This document shows, piece after piece, positions 26,397 to 40,449 of a stretch of 64,000 nucleotides of DNA. The notes under the pieces were generated by a model. That model had not been told where the DNA came from. It worked only from the letters and a program-made list of their open reading frames with translations, and did not search any database. A program made the position numbers and the translations under genes. How positions within the stretch are numbered: position 1 is the first letter of the stretch; every line of letters starts with the position of its first letter. The stretch is from Haplodiscus bocki. Taxonomy: Eukaryota. The stretch lies in the NCBI GenBank assembly GCA_965655095.1, contig OZ296659.1, positions 34,844,001-34,908,000 of the forward strand. Reading direction: 5' to 3'.

Positions 26397-28339
26397 GACT
26401 ATGATTCGAAAATCAATTCATCGTTCATGTTTTGCATAAATTAACGGTAATATTTTATTTCTTCAGAATACAGTCAAAAATTCATTAGCCACGTTATTGT
26501 GCATTTTCTGAAAAGAGTAAATAACGATGCTACAAAAATTAAGTTTAAGTAAACAGATGACAGGACGGAAAAAGTTGCGATTCCCAGAATACTGTAGGGT
26601 TTCGAATTCCAAATCATTTGTATGCAGAATAAACCGGTCCACTTGAGGTGCGAATTTGAATGTTGGCTGTGCCCCGATTTAAAAACATAGGTATCAAGGG
26701 TGCTAAGCATTGAGCGCAAGAACCCAGAGTGATGAAAAAAACCTTGGGATTAAGCGAACTTAGCAAAAACCATATCGCGTCAAGAAACCGCAAAATAATC
26801 AAACGCCAAAAATGTCAGAGCATACAGTGGTCCTACTGGTCAATTTCGACGCTTTCAATAGTTTGCAATTTTTCGACTCTTTGGGAATCAACAAACTTTA
26901 GACGAGATAAAGGGTCACTAGTTTGAAACAGCGGAAAACAAGATGTGACAATTTCAGAATATATTCCAAGAAAATTACTCGAGACGGAAGACGCAAGAAA
27001 AAACTGGTTCCATGTTTAAAGTAAATGTCAAGATAAATGATGAAAAATAACAATAAAGGGACAAACTCTGGCACCCTGAATAATCTATAAGTACTATATA
27101 TCGAACAAGTGCTACATAGGCGTATGCATTTGAAGAAAAACCAATGTATGATTTCCTTAGATTTGTTCATTACAAGTTGAAATATGCTGTCAAAAAAGAT
27201 GACTCCAGACCATTACTACTCCTCCATGGATCCTCCGGGCAATTGGTGCAGCAATTAGTACATTTAGCCATAAATTGACCACAACTGACCAAAAGTTCAA
27301 ATCCTTTCTCGAAGGCAAATTTTTATCTGGAAAAATCATTTTTATAGCCATTCTTTCCTTAAAAGAAAATCCGATGAAACGATTAGTGAAAGAAGGAACA
27401 AAATTCGATTTTAAAAAGACCAAAAATTAGACCGCAGATAAAATGTGACGACGAGGTGATGATATTTGAAAAAGCATTTTTCTGCGAAAGGTAACTAATC
27501 CCCAAAAAACCTATTGCTTGTCAAATTTTAAGCTGCCGCAAAAAATTTCCCTCACATGCAGTCCAAAAAGAGCAGCGCGTTATCAACATCCTATTGTACC
27601 TTTCCTACTCTAATTAAGGTTGTGAGGCTAAGTATTTTGACAAAAGACCTCCATTTTAGAAAAAAAAAGCGAACTTCGACGTGACAATTTTCGCCAAAAA
27701 AGAGCATCTCTGAGAGGCTTTCATCTCTTCCAAAAAATCGTCGACACCGAAATCTCGAAACGAAAAGCGAAATCCGGCGGTAGCTATGCACCGATTTTCC
27801 CTCTTTTTGCAGATTTTGCACTACAAGCACAAGCTGGCAAAGATTTTCCGACTACAGATGAGCTAGGGGGGCAATCATGACTTGCCAAAGTTTTCAGCGA
27901 TTTTTCATAATCCCTGGGATGCAGTAGGAAACCAGAACACTTCATGCAAGTAAATAAAAGGTCTGTGAGGTGCTACTCGGATGTACTACAGCTGAAGAGT
28001 ACAATTTTAAAAAGGAACAATTCCGACTTCGCGTTGTTTCGGTAAAAAACAAAACGAAAAGATTCCGGAAAGGCTTTTTCAGCAAAAATTTAAACGAATC
28101 GTTTCGAGTTCATTCAGAAAACAGGAAAACATGACCCCAACAGGTGCCACGGCCACTGACACAGAAGCGTTTTCCGGAAAAATTCTGGTTCATTTCAAGA
28201 AATCTGCGCAAAAAAAACAAAAATGAAAAAATGAGACAAAACGTCGACACCAGGGCAGTCTCATTTCGCTCAAAGACACAAAAAATTCAACAAAAACATC
28301 TTTCATTTCTCAAACATAGGTTAAATTTTTTCCAGACAA

Positions 28340-29240
28340 GAGGGCAAAATAGACGGCTGCTCAACAGAAGCGACATGCAGCGAGTCGTTGAACCAGCACT
28401 GGATGGTACCAATCCAAATTTTAGTAATCAAGAAGACATTTAACGAACGACACAAAATCTCCAATTTCTGAGACACAAGTTCAATCTCCGCGATGAGAGT
28501 TGAAAATAGACCATCCGGTCTGTTTGTCAGATGCTCCCAGCAGCGAATAGTGGAATCAGCTAGATGGACCCAATCTGCATGTTAATAATGAACGACACGA
28601 AAATCATCAACGATTTTTTACCAGAAACACACGGTATCTGACAAAAAAAGTTGAAAAATGACCATTCCGCCTGTCTCTCAGACCCAGCACCGAGAAGTGG
28701 AATCAGCTATATGGACGCAATTCGCAAACTAGTCAAACTAGTCATCAAGATGAGCACATCAGCGAACAAAAACTTCAATTTTTCAAAGAAAAACACCGTA
28801 TTTCGCAGAAGTCGAAAAAGACCATCAGGAGATACCAGCAGCGAGTAGTTCGATCAGCAATGGATGGACCCATCTGAACAATTGTCATCAAGAAAAATAT
28901 TTTAAGACAAACTAAAAACGTCTTCGGTTTTTCGATAAGATTGATTTCCCGCGGTAAAAATTAAATCAAGACCAACTCGGCGCCCACCAGAAGCTACAGG
29001 CAGCGATTAGATGAATCAGCACTAGGTGGGCCAAAACTAACCCGTACCTATACGTCAAAACATCACCGAGCGACGAAGATAGAAACGTCGATTTTCCAAA
29101 TTCAAGTCAAAGACTTTCGTCAGTAAATTATGACGTAAGTCATCTCTGCCGCTCAACAGGACTTTCAGAAAGCTGCACCTCGATCCTGTGCGGACTTGAC
29201 ACATTTCGGCGAAAAGCTATCAAAAAAGCATAACTTTTCA
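28340..29240. repeat. Diverged ~155-bp tandem array (~6 units)
   Basis: Recurrent AGACCA...CAGCAGCGA.TAG..GAATCAGC...ATGGACC motif at ~28350, 28508, 28658, 28818, 28968 and 29140. Confidence 0.6.
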
Positions 29241-32200
29241 CGAAAAAACTGAATGTTGCCCTTCTATCCGATTATTAACAATAAAATTTCCAAAGCAAGC
29301 GTCAAATGTACCACTGTAGTTTATAAAGCCAAGCTAAGAAGCCTATGACATCCCGCGATGCTACACGAAAAAATATTTGCAATAGAGCAAAGGGCACATT
29401 GACCAATTCTGTTCGATTAAGAACTTAACGAAAGCGTGTTGGAGACGCACGAAAAAAAATGAAAGCCGTCTGCAAATTATTCCGCTTCCCTTGTTGTCCA
29501 GTTTGAACGCCTGTACTGTAATTCGGCACCCTGCATAAATCGGATGGCAGATATTCGGAAAGAAACTGGGGTCATCAATTATTTGCATTTCTGTGTTTTC
29601 AGGAACAAAACAGGAAGGGTACTTTCTCTCAGAACTCAGTATACAAACGGTAGGGTTGAGAATCTCTAGACTTCCCACGCTGAAGCAAAATTTTTGGGCG
29701 GACAATCAAGAGCGTGGCAGAACGATAGAGGGCCTGAGGTTCACATCTTTCTCTAAACAATGGAACGTCAGAAGTTTCACAACGTCAAAGGTGGAGCTTC
29801 GATAAAGTTTGGCGAATACCTACATCGGGGAAAATGCATGCACGATTATTTCACAAAATTGACGGATAATAGAGGAACAACTGGGGGTGAGGTTATCACA
29901 GAAATTCTTGATTTTTGTTTGCTGGGAGATTAGCGGCATTTCTTCAAAAATTATATAACCAAACAGAAGTATAACAATCCCTCGACTTTCCGCCAGCCAT
30001 TGCGCAGCATTTTTGGTTACATAGTCAGGAGCACAGTATACCAACACTGGGCCGGAGTGCCAGTATTTTATTTTGAAAAGAAAATTGCAGTGTAATTTTC
30101 ATGATTGGCAACTCAATCGAGTTTGGCGAAAATTTACATTGCTGATAAAAAGCATGCACTGCAATTCGGAAAAGTTGACGTAGTTTGAGAGGCGGAAAAT
30201 CGGAAAATGAGGGATAACTGGTGGTATCACATAGCTCTTTGGTTCTTGTTTTCCAGGATACGTTTCTCGAAATTGCATATCGAAGAGAAGTTAAGCAATC
30301 ATTCGATTTTCCGCCAGCCACTGCGCATTATTTTTGGACGCAAAGTCGAAGGCATGACATACCTATAGTGGGCCTCAGCTCGGTATCTGATTTAGAACAA
30401 AAATCTCAAAAGTGTAAAGTTGTCGGAGATTGGCGTATAAACGAGTTTAGTGGATAATTACTCCCTCAAAAAACGCATACAAGCAAAAATGTCCAAAAAT
30501 CGAATGGCCACAAGTCGAGGTATAATTTGGTAATGTTTGATGTATATTCAGGAAAATGATTAGTGAGGTATCATGAAAACATTCCCTAATTGCCTTTGGA
30601 AAAATTACAGATTTTCTGCTAAAAAGGAAGGGGCAAAACGAATTTGGTTGGAAAATATAGTACCGATATACTCCGTAGCGGTACATTACTGTTTTGAAAA
30701 ATTTGACCGCCCAGTAACGCCGGAAGTGAAAAAAAATAGTCTACAGAAGAGTATTTCAGTTGGAATTGAGCAGGTTTTACCAACAACTTTTCATCGTAAA
30801 AGTCGGGACTTTTTTTAATAAAGCGCCAACTCAAAATTGGTAGAACAGAAACCATCAAAAAAACCCATTGCGTCGAAAAACTGCAAATTCATTAAAATGT
30901 CGAAGATTTTCTCATAGCGTAGAAAAACTGAAAACCGAAAAAAGCGTCGAAAGTTTCCGAGCACACAACAGTCCACTGGTCAATTTCGACGCTTCAATAG
31001 TTTCAACGTTTTAATCTTTAGGGAATCAAAAACTTTTAGATGCGATCAATGATTATCATTATCAAAGAAGCGAAAAGCAAGAATTTCAGGCAAGTACTTG
31101 AAATTTAGAAAATGACGTTCGCTCTAGCTTGGGGAAGGAAGAAAGTGAATACAAAAGACAATTTATTTTGAAAAAGGAACAATCGGGTTCTTTCCAGCAG
31201 TCAACCTCGCCCAGTGGGTCAATGACGAATGCGTTTGCCACGAAAAAAGTAAAATCTGTAGGCATTACATTTAAATTATTGCCTGAAGACATAGGCACCA
31301 AGTATGCAAGGCATTAGGATATTACACGAGTGAAAAAAATAGGCACTAAGGGCTTAGTGCTAGGTCAAGAGTGGAGCTTCCCAAAAAAACTAGGAAAATG
31401 TGCCGCCGCCTTCAAATTGAACCCTCGGTTCCTCAAGGATTTGACATGAAAACAGGGTTTGGAAATTTCTTTTACAAAAGATCGAGTTTAACACCTAGCA
31501 AAAATTTTCTGAGAGCAACCAGAATTCAGTAGGTGAAACACCTGAGTCTCCTCTCTACGCCAATGGAAACTCTGGAGCATTTACAGGCCCAACAACATTG
31601 CCTACAAGATATAGCAATAAAATTTGATAAAAAAAAGTGCAAACTGAACAAAAAAAATCTTAATTTCAATTTTCTCGCGAAAAAACCAATGGCAAATTTT
31701 GTGGTCGCTATCAAATTGTTAGAAATAGTCAATCAAGGTGTCCAATCACTCTGGTGCAGAACGTGGGTGGTTCACTGACTTGTCTTCTAGCACAAAAGAC
31801 CTCAAATTGTCAAAGAAGCTCGATTTTCAACGTTTTCCGCAGAAAAACCAACTGAAAAAATTGATACCGGAAGGACAGTCAACAAATCGCTAGATCCAAG
31901 TTTTTTGTTGGAACTCTACAAAACTGAAGTAACTGGGAGACCTTAGTGTCAAAGTAAATGAATTCACAATAACAAATATCATCCGAACACCCAAAAAATA
32001 GGTCGATTTTCAATATTCTTTCGAAAGTGAGCCTATCGAAAAACTGTCGGACTGCATCCAAAAACTAGTATCTGATAGATTACTATCTGATTATTATCAT
32101 CTGATAGAGTCGTCGGAACGTTTCTTCAAAATTAGAAAAGTCCATCAAATAGATAAAGAGCTATTGAGCCTTCAACAAAAATTTTAGACTTGAATATGAA

Positions 32201-32334
32201 AGAGAAATGAAAAGAAATGAAAAAAATCATGAATTTCCCAGTGCGGGTGCCGAAAGAGGCTTAACTACGTTCGCCTAAAAATTTGAAATGAGAATTCAGC
32301 AACAATTCTCATCACCTCGGAAATTGCAGACTAA

Positions 32335-32760
32335 TCAAAGCGTCGAAAACTTCGGAGCATACAATATTCCACCCGTCAATTTCGATGCTTTGAGTAGTTT
32401 GCAATTCTGCAACGGTTTGAGAAGCAACAAACTTTAGATGAAAAGAATGGTGACCATTTTGAAACAGTAGGAAACAAGATATGACAATTTGAGAATATTT
32501 GGATTAAAGTACTTGAATATTTGAATCTAAGCTCAGACTACCCCTAACACTCAAAATCTAAAAGTATACAGTGACGCTCGTTCTAGCTTGGGGGAAGCGG
32601 AGAAAGCGAGTAAAAGAGAAAGTAAGCAAACACTAAGCAGGTCCATTTCGATTAACTTTAGCGATCAGCCTCACCCAGTCGGTCAATCACGACAGCGTTT
32701 ACGAAGAGAAGAATTTAAGTCTATTGGCATTTAGACAAACTTAATGTCTAAAAACTACTC
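32335..32760 (+). repeat. Dispersed repeat family (other copies at ~1708-1870, ~26800-26965 and ~30945-31290)
   Basis: Shared core GAGCATAC...CTGGTCAATTTCGACGCTTT...GAATCAAC.AA.TTT.AGA. Confidence 0.75.
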
Positions 32761-35158
32761 TTAGAAGTTGCTTTGACATTTTCTCTAAGACAATCATCCA
32801 TCAAGGTTGGAAACAGAGGATTCGGAGGCTCTGAGCAAACAAAGCAGCTGAGAAGTTTTCCGACAGTTGCGCAATTCTAAATTTCATACAAAACTGCGAG
32901 TAAAACAATACTGCAAAAAAATTGAATTCAATTTCCAACAAAATATAAATCTTTGACGACTCATGGAACATTTTAGAATTCCCATATCAACCAGTCTACA
33001 CACATAAAAGCACTTCTTTTCAGCAAAAACAAATCTCTGAATTGGGTTTCTATTTGAAAGCACATAACATTGGTTTATAGCAAAAAAAGCTGCTTGCCAG
33101 TAATGCAAAAAAAATCGATTGACAGTGTAGAATATACCTTCTAAAACATGCGTTTTTTTGCGCTGTCAAAAACTAGGAAAAAACCAGTTGCAGTACAAAT
33201 TCAACACATTCATTTGTCAAAATGTTTCAAATTAGCCATTCACCTAATAGTTCAGCTCGTACAGTTTATGTTTTGGTTATGGGTTTTTCGAAATTTTCTT
33301 CCTCCATTTTTCGGGGTATTGAAAACTCGCTATCAAATTAGACAGAAAATTTTGTTTTTATTGGAAGGCATAAATTTTCGGACCTTAATCCGAGCCTGCA
33401 GAGGAGCATACACGAATTGATTTCTGCTAAGACCCATGTTTTTTGAATTTTGCTCAAGAGTTTGGAGTTCTGGGAGTCATTATGCTGTTCGGGAAAACAA
33501 ATTTTCGATCCATGGCCATCGTCAAAATAAGGATAGCCATTTGAGAATCGATTTTGCAGAATCACCAAATTCTGTGGCAATTTCCTTTACCTGCCACTTG
33601 TGTTCGAGAATATCTGAAGCTTGTCCTTTGAAAGTTGACTCAGTATTAAGTTACCATTTCCAGTTCGTGCGAAATAGATCGAAAATATATGAAACCAATG
33701 AAAATACCGAAGTTCTGACCTGAATACTACCAGTAAGCAGTAGAGGAGCCAGTCAATTGGAACTGAAGTCGAATATAGAAGCAGTAAAAAGCTCCATCTG
33801 CAATATGATTGGTTGAGTTGTTTTCTTTGCAACAACATGATTATCAGCGGTATAATCAAAAGAGTGTGCTAATCAGGCACCGAATTTTTGTTGGAACACA
33901 TCAAAAATACCATTTTTGATAACACTTGTGTCGCAAATTATTGTCCATATGCACGCGTTTTTTCAAAACCAATTGGTTTCAAAAACTCTCCACTCTAGTT
34001 ACAAAAGCTGAATGGTTCGTACACTGTTACAATAAAGTTTGAGCTGATATGTTCAAGCTTTCTCGAAGAATTTTCAAGTTTCTACAATTTAGGTTCCCCA
34101 AGTCAAATTTCCAGCCAGAAAATCCAGTGCTTGATCTCGTGCAGTATAGGCCGAATGAGATAATTTATAATTAATTAATAATAATACACAACATCAATAA
34201 AAGGCGGCAAGATAGCAAAAAAAAGTGAAAGAAGGAGCAGTTGCACTTTAATTTCTACAGCTAAGAATGACAATAGCGAAGCACGCGCAATGAATGATTA
34301 TCCAGGTAGAAAAAAACCAGATCAAGGAAGGTACGGATTTTGGGTAACTACAAAGTAGACGGGGATATGTTTAGAAATGCAAAAATAAATCTCTTTTTGA
34401 TTCTGCGCAGTTATCAATTAAGCTAATTAAGTATACAAAAGTATGATGCCTTTTTTCTGAACGACATAGTTTGTTGGTTACCAAGAGGCATGTTTACCCT
34501 ATAAAACTAGTTTTCCACAAAAACTTCTTCGAATGGATTCAATACATTGAAACCTACGTTCGGAAAAACAAACATATGTAGCTGGTTCCCCTACACATAG
34601 ATCAAAAACCAAAGTTTACTTTTGCGAAGGAAACTTTCAATTCTGAAATTTCCGCTTTATCGAATAACGGGACAAAACATACCTCTTCTGCAATGAAGCA
34701 ACTATTTGGTGCTAGATCTACAAAACTGAATCTCTTCAGAGTTGGAGAAAATTGTGATATGGTAGCTGATAAAAAATGAGGTGTTAGGCTTAGATAGGTA
34801 ATTCAAAAATGCGAAGTGAGATATACATTGAGAGAAATTATGTCGAATTTGACTTGGATTGCAAATAATTTACACATTGTACAATTGAATTGACAGAAAT
34901 GAAATGAGGTAAGCCCGAGTCCGTCAAACAAGCCCTGTTTTGAAGCATTTTCGCTTGTTGGCTCACCAAGTAGCACTGAACATAAACCAAGGAGTTCAGG
35001 AAAATCAAATAAAGCTCCTATTTTACAATTAAAACCTAATTAGCCATAAGTTATCTTTTCATTTTACTAAAACTATTTTTTCGAAACTTGCACAATTTGT
35101 TAAGGTTGTTGCAAGTTGTAGTAGTTTCTATGAGATGAGTGATGAAACATTTTTGTGT

Positions 35159-37451
35159 TCAACGTACAAAGCTTTGCAAGCGTGGAAGGGTGGGGGTTGG
35201 TTGTTTAGGGGGTGTGCCCCCAGCAGCAATTCCGATAGGCGTGATTGACTCAAATCTGCGAACCATGTTCTTCACGTTTGGAGCAGCTGAATTAGAATTG
35301 ATGCCCATGTCGTCCCTTAAACACGTTTCTGAATGAAATTGAGACACCTGACCAGGTGAAAACGAAATACAATGACGATGAAATAGAAAAAATCAGACAC
35401 TCGCTTTCAAATTCGGCAGAGATCGTTGTTCTTGAAGAAATACAGCTTAGTTAAAACTATTTTTCATAATATTTTGATCTCGGTTTAAAAAAGACTTATC
35501 AAAATTTCAAATAGTCGGGAGAATTAGCTTCTCACAGGAGCATAAATTTTTTCAAGAACTTCCACATTCCACAAAGATTTGCAAAGCGAAAACTTTAACT
35601 AACTGATTATATTGTGTCATTTCAACTTCCTGGATGAGATTATTGTTGCATTGAGACAAATTTGACGAGACGGCTAACGAAACAGGTCGCTGCCCTTGAG
35701 CGTTGACACCCTTCGGAGACTTCGAATAGCCTAAATATTTCTTTCTTTCAGGACTCATCTGCGTAATGCTGCCATTATGAAGTTCGCCTCCTTCTTCAGG
35801 ACCTTTCATGTGCGGTTTTACGTAAGCCACTTGTTTGGCCGATTTGAGATAATTAGTTTCCATTGCCGCGACATTGAACGACGTGCTTGTATCCGTAGAA
35901 TCGGAGGCAGTCAACCCATTTGTAGCGAGTCCATTTGCTGACCCAATAACATTTGGCGGGTCATCGTAATCAGGACGAGGTATCTTCACTGGCCCGGGTA
36001 GCGGAGGGGCCTGAGGAATGAACATGGGGTGCACCATTTCTGGGTTGTAACTAGTGATACCATTGTAATCACTCCTGCTATTAATTAAGGCAGACGTATG
36101 GTCAATGGGAACACTATTGGGTTCCTTCTCAGCAACACAAAAGTTTCTGGATTTCTGATCATTTGCTGCTCCAGGGGTTTTAGTGTCAGTTGATGATGAG
36201 GTAAACTCCTGTTGGCTGACAAGATTGACGTTTGCTGACAGTTTTAGAATTCTTGTTTCTTCATTCTTATTCGTATAAGTACTTAACGTATGGTTCGAAG
36301 TTGAGAAAGCGTCCTTCACTGAAACTGGAAATGTTGTTATTCTGGCCTTAACTTCGTCCGCAGGGCCGTCCAAATTTGGCGCTGAGCAGTCTAGTTCCTC
36401 TTCCTGGATAAGAGCATGCTCCAAAAAGTCCAGTGTGGCGAGTTCAGAACCAGTGAGAGATTCTGTTGTGCTGACGTTAATTTCGTCGTCCTCTTTCTTT
36501 TCCGATGTCTGAACATTTTGTTTGACTACTTCTGACAAGTCATCAAAATCCTGAAAGATGTTAATTTTCTTACCAATTTGATGTAATCAATTTGTCGTGC
36601 ATAAGATACAGCCAAGATGTCTGTGATAAAATCGCCAGTAAACTTGAAGTTTTTTGACAGTCAATGAATTCACCAAACAAAACCATGCATAAGTTGTCTT
36701 TAAAACACAATATTTGAACTTTTGTCAAATACTCAAACTTGCCGTTGATAGCATTTTATTTTTAGGTGGCCGTCTCTTTCAGAAAAAGCACGTTTCGTTT
36801 TGAAGATCACTGAAAAAGAACGTAAACATCAACATCCCAAAATACGGAAAATGTTGATCTACGAAAGGCTTTTGGGAGAATGCGTGATGTGGGAGGAAAC
36901 TTTGCGACAACGTTGATTAACCTAATGGATTTTCGAAAATGTTAAAAATGGCAAAAGGTCCCCAAAATAATTTAGATCCTCAAGACCGACTTCAGCTGTT
37001 CTCGACTATCACTTAAATAGCCGCTCATCGTTTAGGATTTTCATGAAAATTCATTTTCAATTTTCGTTTTTTATCACCACTTAGTTCAAGACCACGAATT
37101 GCATTCAGTTTACCTGATCTTCGTCCTGATGTGGAAATGATTTGGAAGTCTCGTCGTTTTCTTCCACAAGCGCAGCCGTGGTGCTTGTTAAACTGTAGGA
37201 GTACCTGTGTTGGATGATGTGTTCATTTTCTCGTTCTTTGTCCTCATCCAGGGAAGACTGAGGAGACAACTGAGTTGTGGGAGAAAAGTGCGCAGCCTCT
37301 GTTTGAGCTGATTCACGTGTAGGATGCGATTCCTTAGAAGGAGAAACTTTAGATGACGAGGGTCCACACAATTGTTTCATCCGAACACTGGTTGCTTCTG
37401 GTCTTTTCAAATCACAAGTAGCTAAAGCAATCAAATGTAGCATGACGTCGT
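35159..37451 (-). CDS. 3' exons of an unidentified Ser/Thr/Pro-rich protein (possibly a cytoskeletal or scaffold protein)
   Basis: Exons 37114-37451 (TATTAG acceptor, CAG|GTAAAC donor), ~35604-36550 (CTTTCAG acceptor, phase-compatible, 328-aa ORF) and ~35159-35347. Motifs PQAPPLPGP, IPRPDYDD, VKNMVRRFESI. The 5' exons were not identified. Confidence 0.75.
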
Positions 37452-38199
37452 CTAATAGGGCGGAGAAATTGTTAGCTCATCTCAGTATTAATGTGCTGAA
37501 TGGTTGCAAGAAGCTCTAACAAATAACAGCCCGCTTTCCCATTCTCTTACACGCTTTTTTAAGCTGATCGAAAAATGTTGTGTTCCTTTCCAATATACAA
37601 CGCACAAAAATAATTGAGATCAAAATGTGCAAAAAATGAACAAAAAGTAGACATGTTATTTCAGTGCAAGATGTTAATTTTTATCTTTTCTATCTACCCT
37701 AATTCCACTAAAGTTTGTTGACAGTTTTGATATCTTCCTCACTGGCAAATAAAATATTGAAAGATTAGGACCAGAATCTTCGTTTTTTCTTGGCAACAAT
37801 CCAAAATAAAACAAAAACCCAGTAACTACTACATCCTTCCAGAGTAAATACTTGATCCTAAAAATTGGGCGATGGTAATCGAAGTTGCAATCACAATATT
37901 TCAGCAAAGACCTTACAGGCACCTTTGAAATGATCGCTCAAATGATGCCAGATAAAGAGTAAGGTAACTGGCAACAGACTAGTGAATGCTGCTAACAGTT
38001 GATAACAGACGGTTTATAATGTTGGAAAAGTTACCAAAATTGCACACAAAATCGATAGATGTCTTCTTAGTACTTCAGCAATTTCCGAGGAAACAGTATA
38101 ATTTCATCTCAAAGTAACACGCACGCCGCTGAAGAAACTCGTGCTTTCCAAGCAATCAGCGAGAGTGAAATCATACATTTCTGGTAACTAATGGCCGGG

Positions 38200-39400
38200 A
38201 GGGAAAAAAGGACACGTCGACAATAAATTTGCTTCTCTCATACTTGCTTCCCGTCTTCATACATTTCTAGGCATCAAGCAGGAAGTTTTGTTCGCCTTGA
38301 ACAATCTTGTGCGGCCTAATTGACAGATGATTTTGGACACTCAATTATCCATCCCAAATCATTAATCCGTGTACTTTTTCAGGATTTGGCTTTTCATCGT
38401 GCTGAATTTTCATCTCTGAAAGTTATCTTTGAGCACTTTTCCATTGCAGAACCCTTTTCTCCCATCCATTGTTCCACCGAGTGTAGGTCACGTTGAAGAT
38501 TGTACTACGTGACCTACCCACAGAGTGCAGGTCACGAAGTATTGGCATAAAGTACACTAAAGTCGTTCGCAAAAACAAGGTTATGAAGATGAGGCGGTCC
38601 GGCATATTTTTATAAGACACAATAAACTCGTGGCCACAAAAAGTGTCCTGCGCAGAACCGCTGGTAATGGAAAGTACCCGCGAGCTCATGTAGTCTACCC
38701 TTACATTTTGTTTACGACTGCCTAGAAAAGCGTATAAGGACTTCCAGTAAAAGATGATCGCTACTTTTTGAAAATATTCGCCGAGTGCTTCCTCAAAGGC
38801 CTTGGAGAAATCAATGTAAAAAACCATCACTTCGTGATTGCAGTTACTGTCCAGTTCTTGATAGATTTGTCCCAAGAAGACCAGCATGTTTTTTACTGCT
38901 TATCTTCCTTCCAAGAAGTCATGTCGAGACTGAATGAGATGGTATTTGATGTCCAAAAAGTGGTTAGTAAATGCTATCAAGTACTTCGCTGCCGATATTC
39001 CGTAGCGAGATTGGTCTCACCAGTTTTCCACCATTCACCTGTCTACAAGAATGTGGATCGGCGACACCACTGCTACTTTCCAAAAATGTAGTATCTTCTT
39101 CAACCTTTTCGTGTTTCGCATGATTTTGTGCAATGTCAAACAGGTTGGCGGGCAGCTCTCTGGAGGATGGGTGGAAGTCCGTTTGGTTCACGTGAGTTCA
39201 TCACATCAATTCACTGAAGAAATCTTATGAGGAAATGTTTGCCAACCTTGAATTTCGTCAAAGTTGGATTTTCACTTTTTATATCTTTTATACTGAAGTC
39301 AGGCTTCAGGAAGTATGTATGCAGATTGAAGGTAACAAACAGTTTAGTTGAAAAATTTAATCAATTGAGATAGTTGCTGTACAGTTCCCATCACTGACTT
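38200..39400 (-). mobile_element. Decayed CR1/L2-group LINE RT fragment
   Basis: VRPISL, VFYIDFSKAF, SGSAQDT remnants in ORFs 38423-38887 and 38964-39191. Confidence 0.75.
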
Positions 39401-39613
39401 ATTTGGCAAGGCATCTGGTTTGCTTAGGCTGAAAATTTCCAAGTTTACTACGAGGTTACGGCAATATGAGAGGGTTTACTTTAAAGCAACTCATATTTGA
39501 GTGCAGACTGTTCAGTGAATTTGATTACTGAGTGATCAATGGTGAGCATTTCGTGACGATGTGCAGTTGGTATTTTTGGCAGTGGCAATGAACAGCCTCC
39601 CGTCATGTTCATT

Positions 39614-39710
39614 TGTGTGTGCATGTGTGTGTTTGAGTGTGCATGTGTGTGTTTGAGTGTGTGCGTGTGTGTTTGAGTGTGTGCGTGCGTGTGTTTGCGA
39701 GTGAGTGAGC
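39614..39710. repeat. Compound (GT)n microsatellite
   Basis: GTGTGCATGTGTGTGTTTGA-type units. Confidence 0.9.
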
Positions 39711-40449
39711 GACAGAAAACGAGAGAGTTCGATGCTTGGTTCTCTTGTCGTCGTACCTTGCCATCCTTTTCACTTTCGCTATTTGTGGTCTTTGTTGTAC
39801 TCACAGATATCCAGTATTTCGATTAGGACTTCAATCGCACGGAAGGGGTTATTTTTTTGCTGTCTAGGATCTTAAGCGATCTATTGGGTACGGACTCTCG
39901 GGCTGATGTTGTGACTTTTCCCTCTAACATCGTATCTCAGTATTTTGTGACGTGGGAAAGCACTCGTATGGTTTTCAACAAAAGCGGAACGTGTGTCTTT
40001 TCCATTTTTCGCCCGTGTATACCAAGGCTTCGTTTACCTTCGTCTTGACAAGCAGTTAGGCGTCTTTTCCTGTTCAGAAGCTTTTCGCTCAGCTCAAGGT
40101 TTTCCAACTTTTCTGCAAGGCTGCTCTGCCTAAAAAGTGAACTTGTCGCTTGCATTTTTTAAACCCAGAGATTACATAACAGCGTTGCTTGATTTCTGAT
40201 ATTTTTAGCTCTCAACTGTCAAGTTGGACAAGAGCATTTCAGGCAACGCGGACGTAAACGGGCTTTTTTACTGGATGTTCGCTTCGCTCTCAATTCCTGG
40301 TCATTCTGGTTGGGAGATATACTCACTTGGACTCGAGGAGTACAAATCCCAGAGTGAATCGAGTGGGAAACGTCAAATGATACGACTGACAGCATTTGTG
40401 ACTCCCGATGGAATTGTCAGTGGACGCATTCGGCCGGCAAATGATTTGG

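Noticed and set aside
26400-35100. Many 60-115 aa ORFs in the GCP6 upstream region
   Set aside because: No recognisable domains or splice-consistent structure; the region is dominated by decayed dispersed repeats.
39481-39804. His/Thr-rich 107-aa ORF
   Set aside because: It is a translation of the (GT)n microsatellite.
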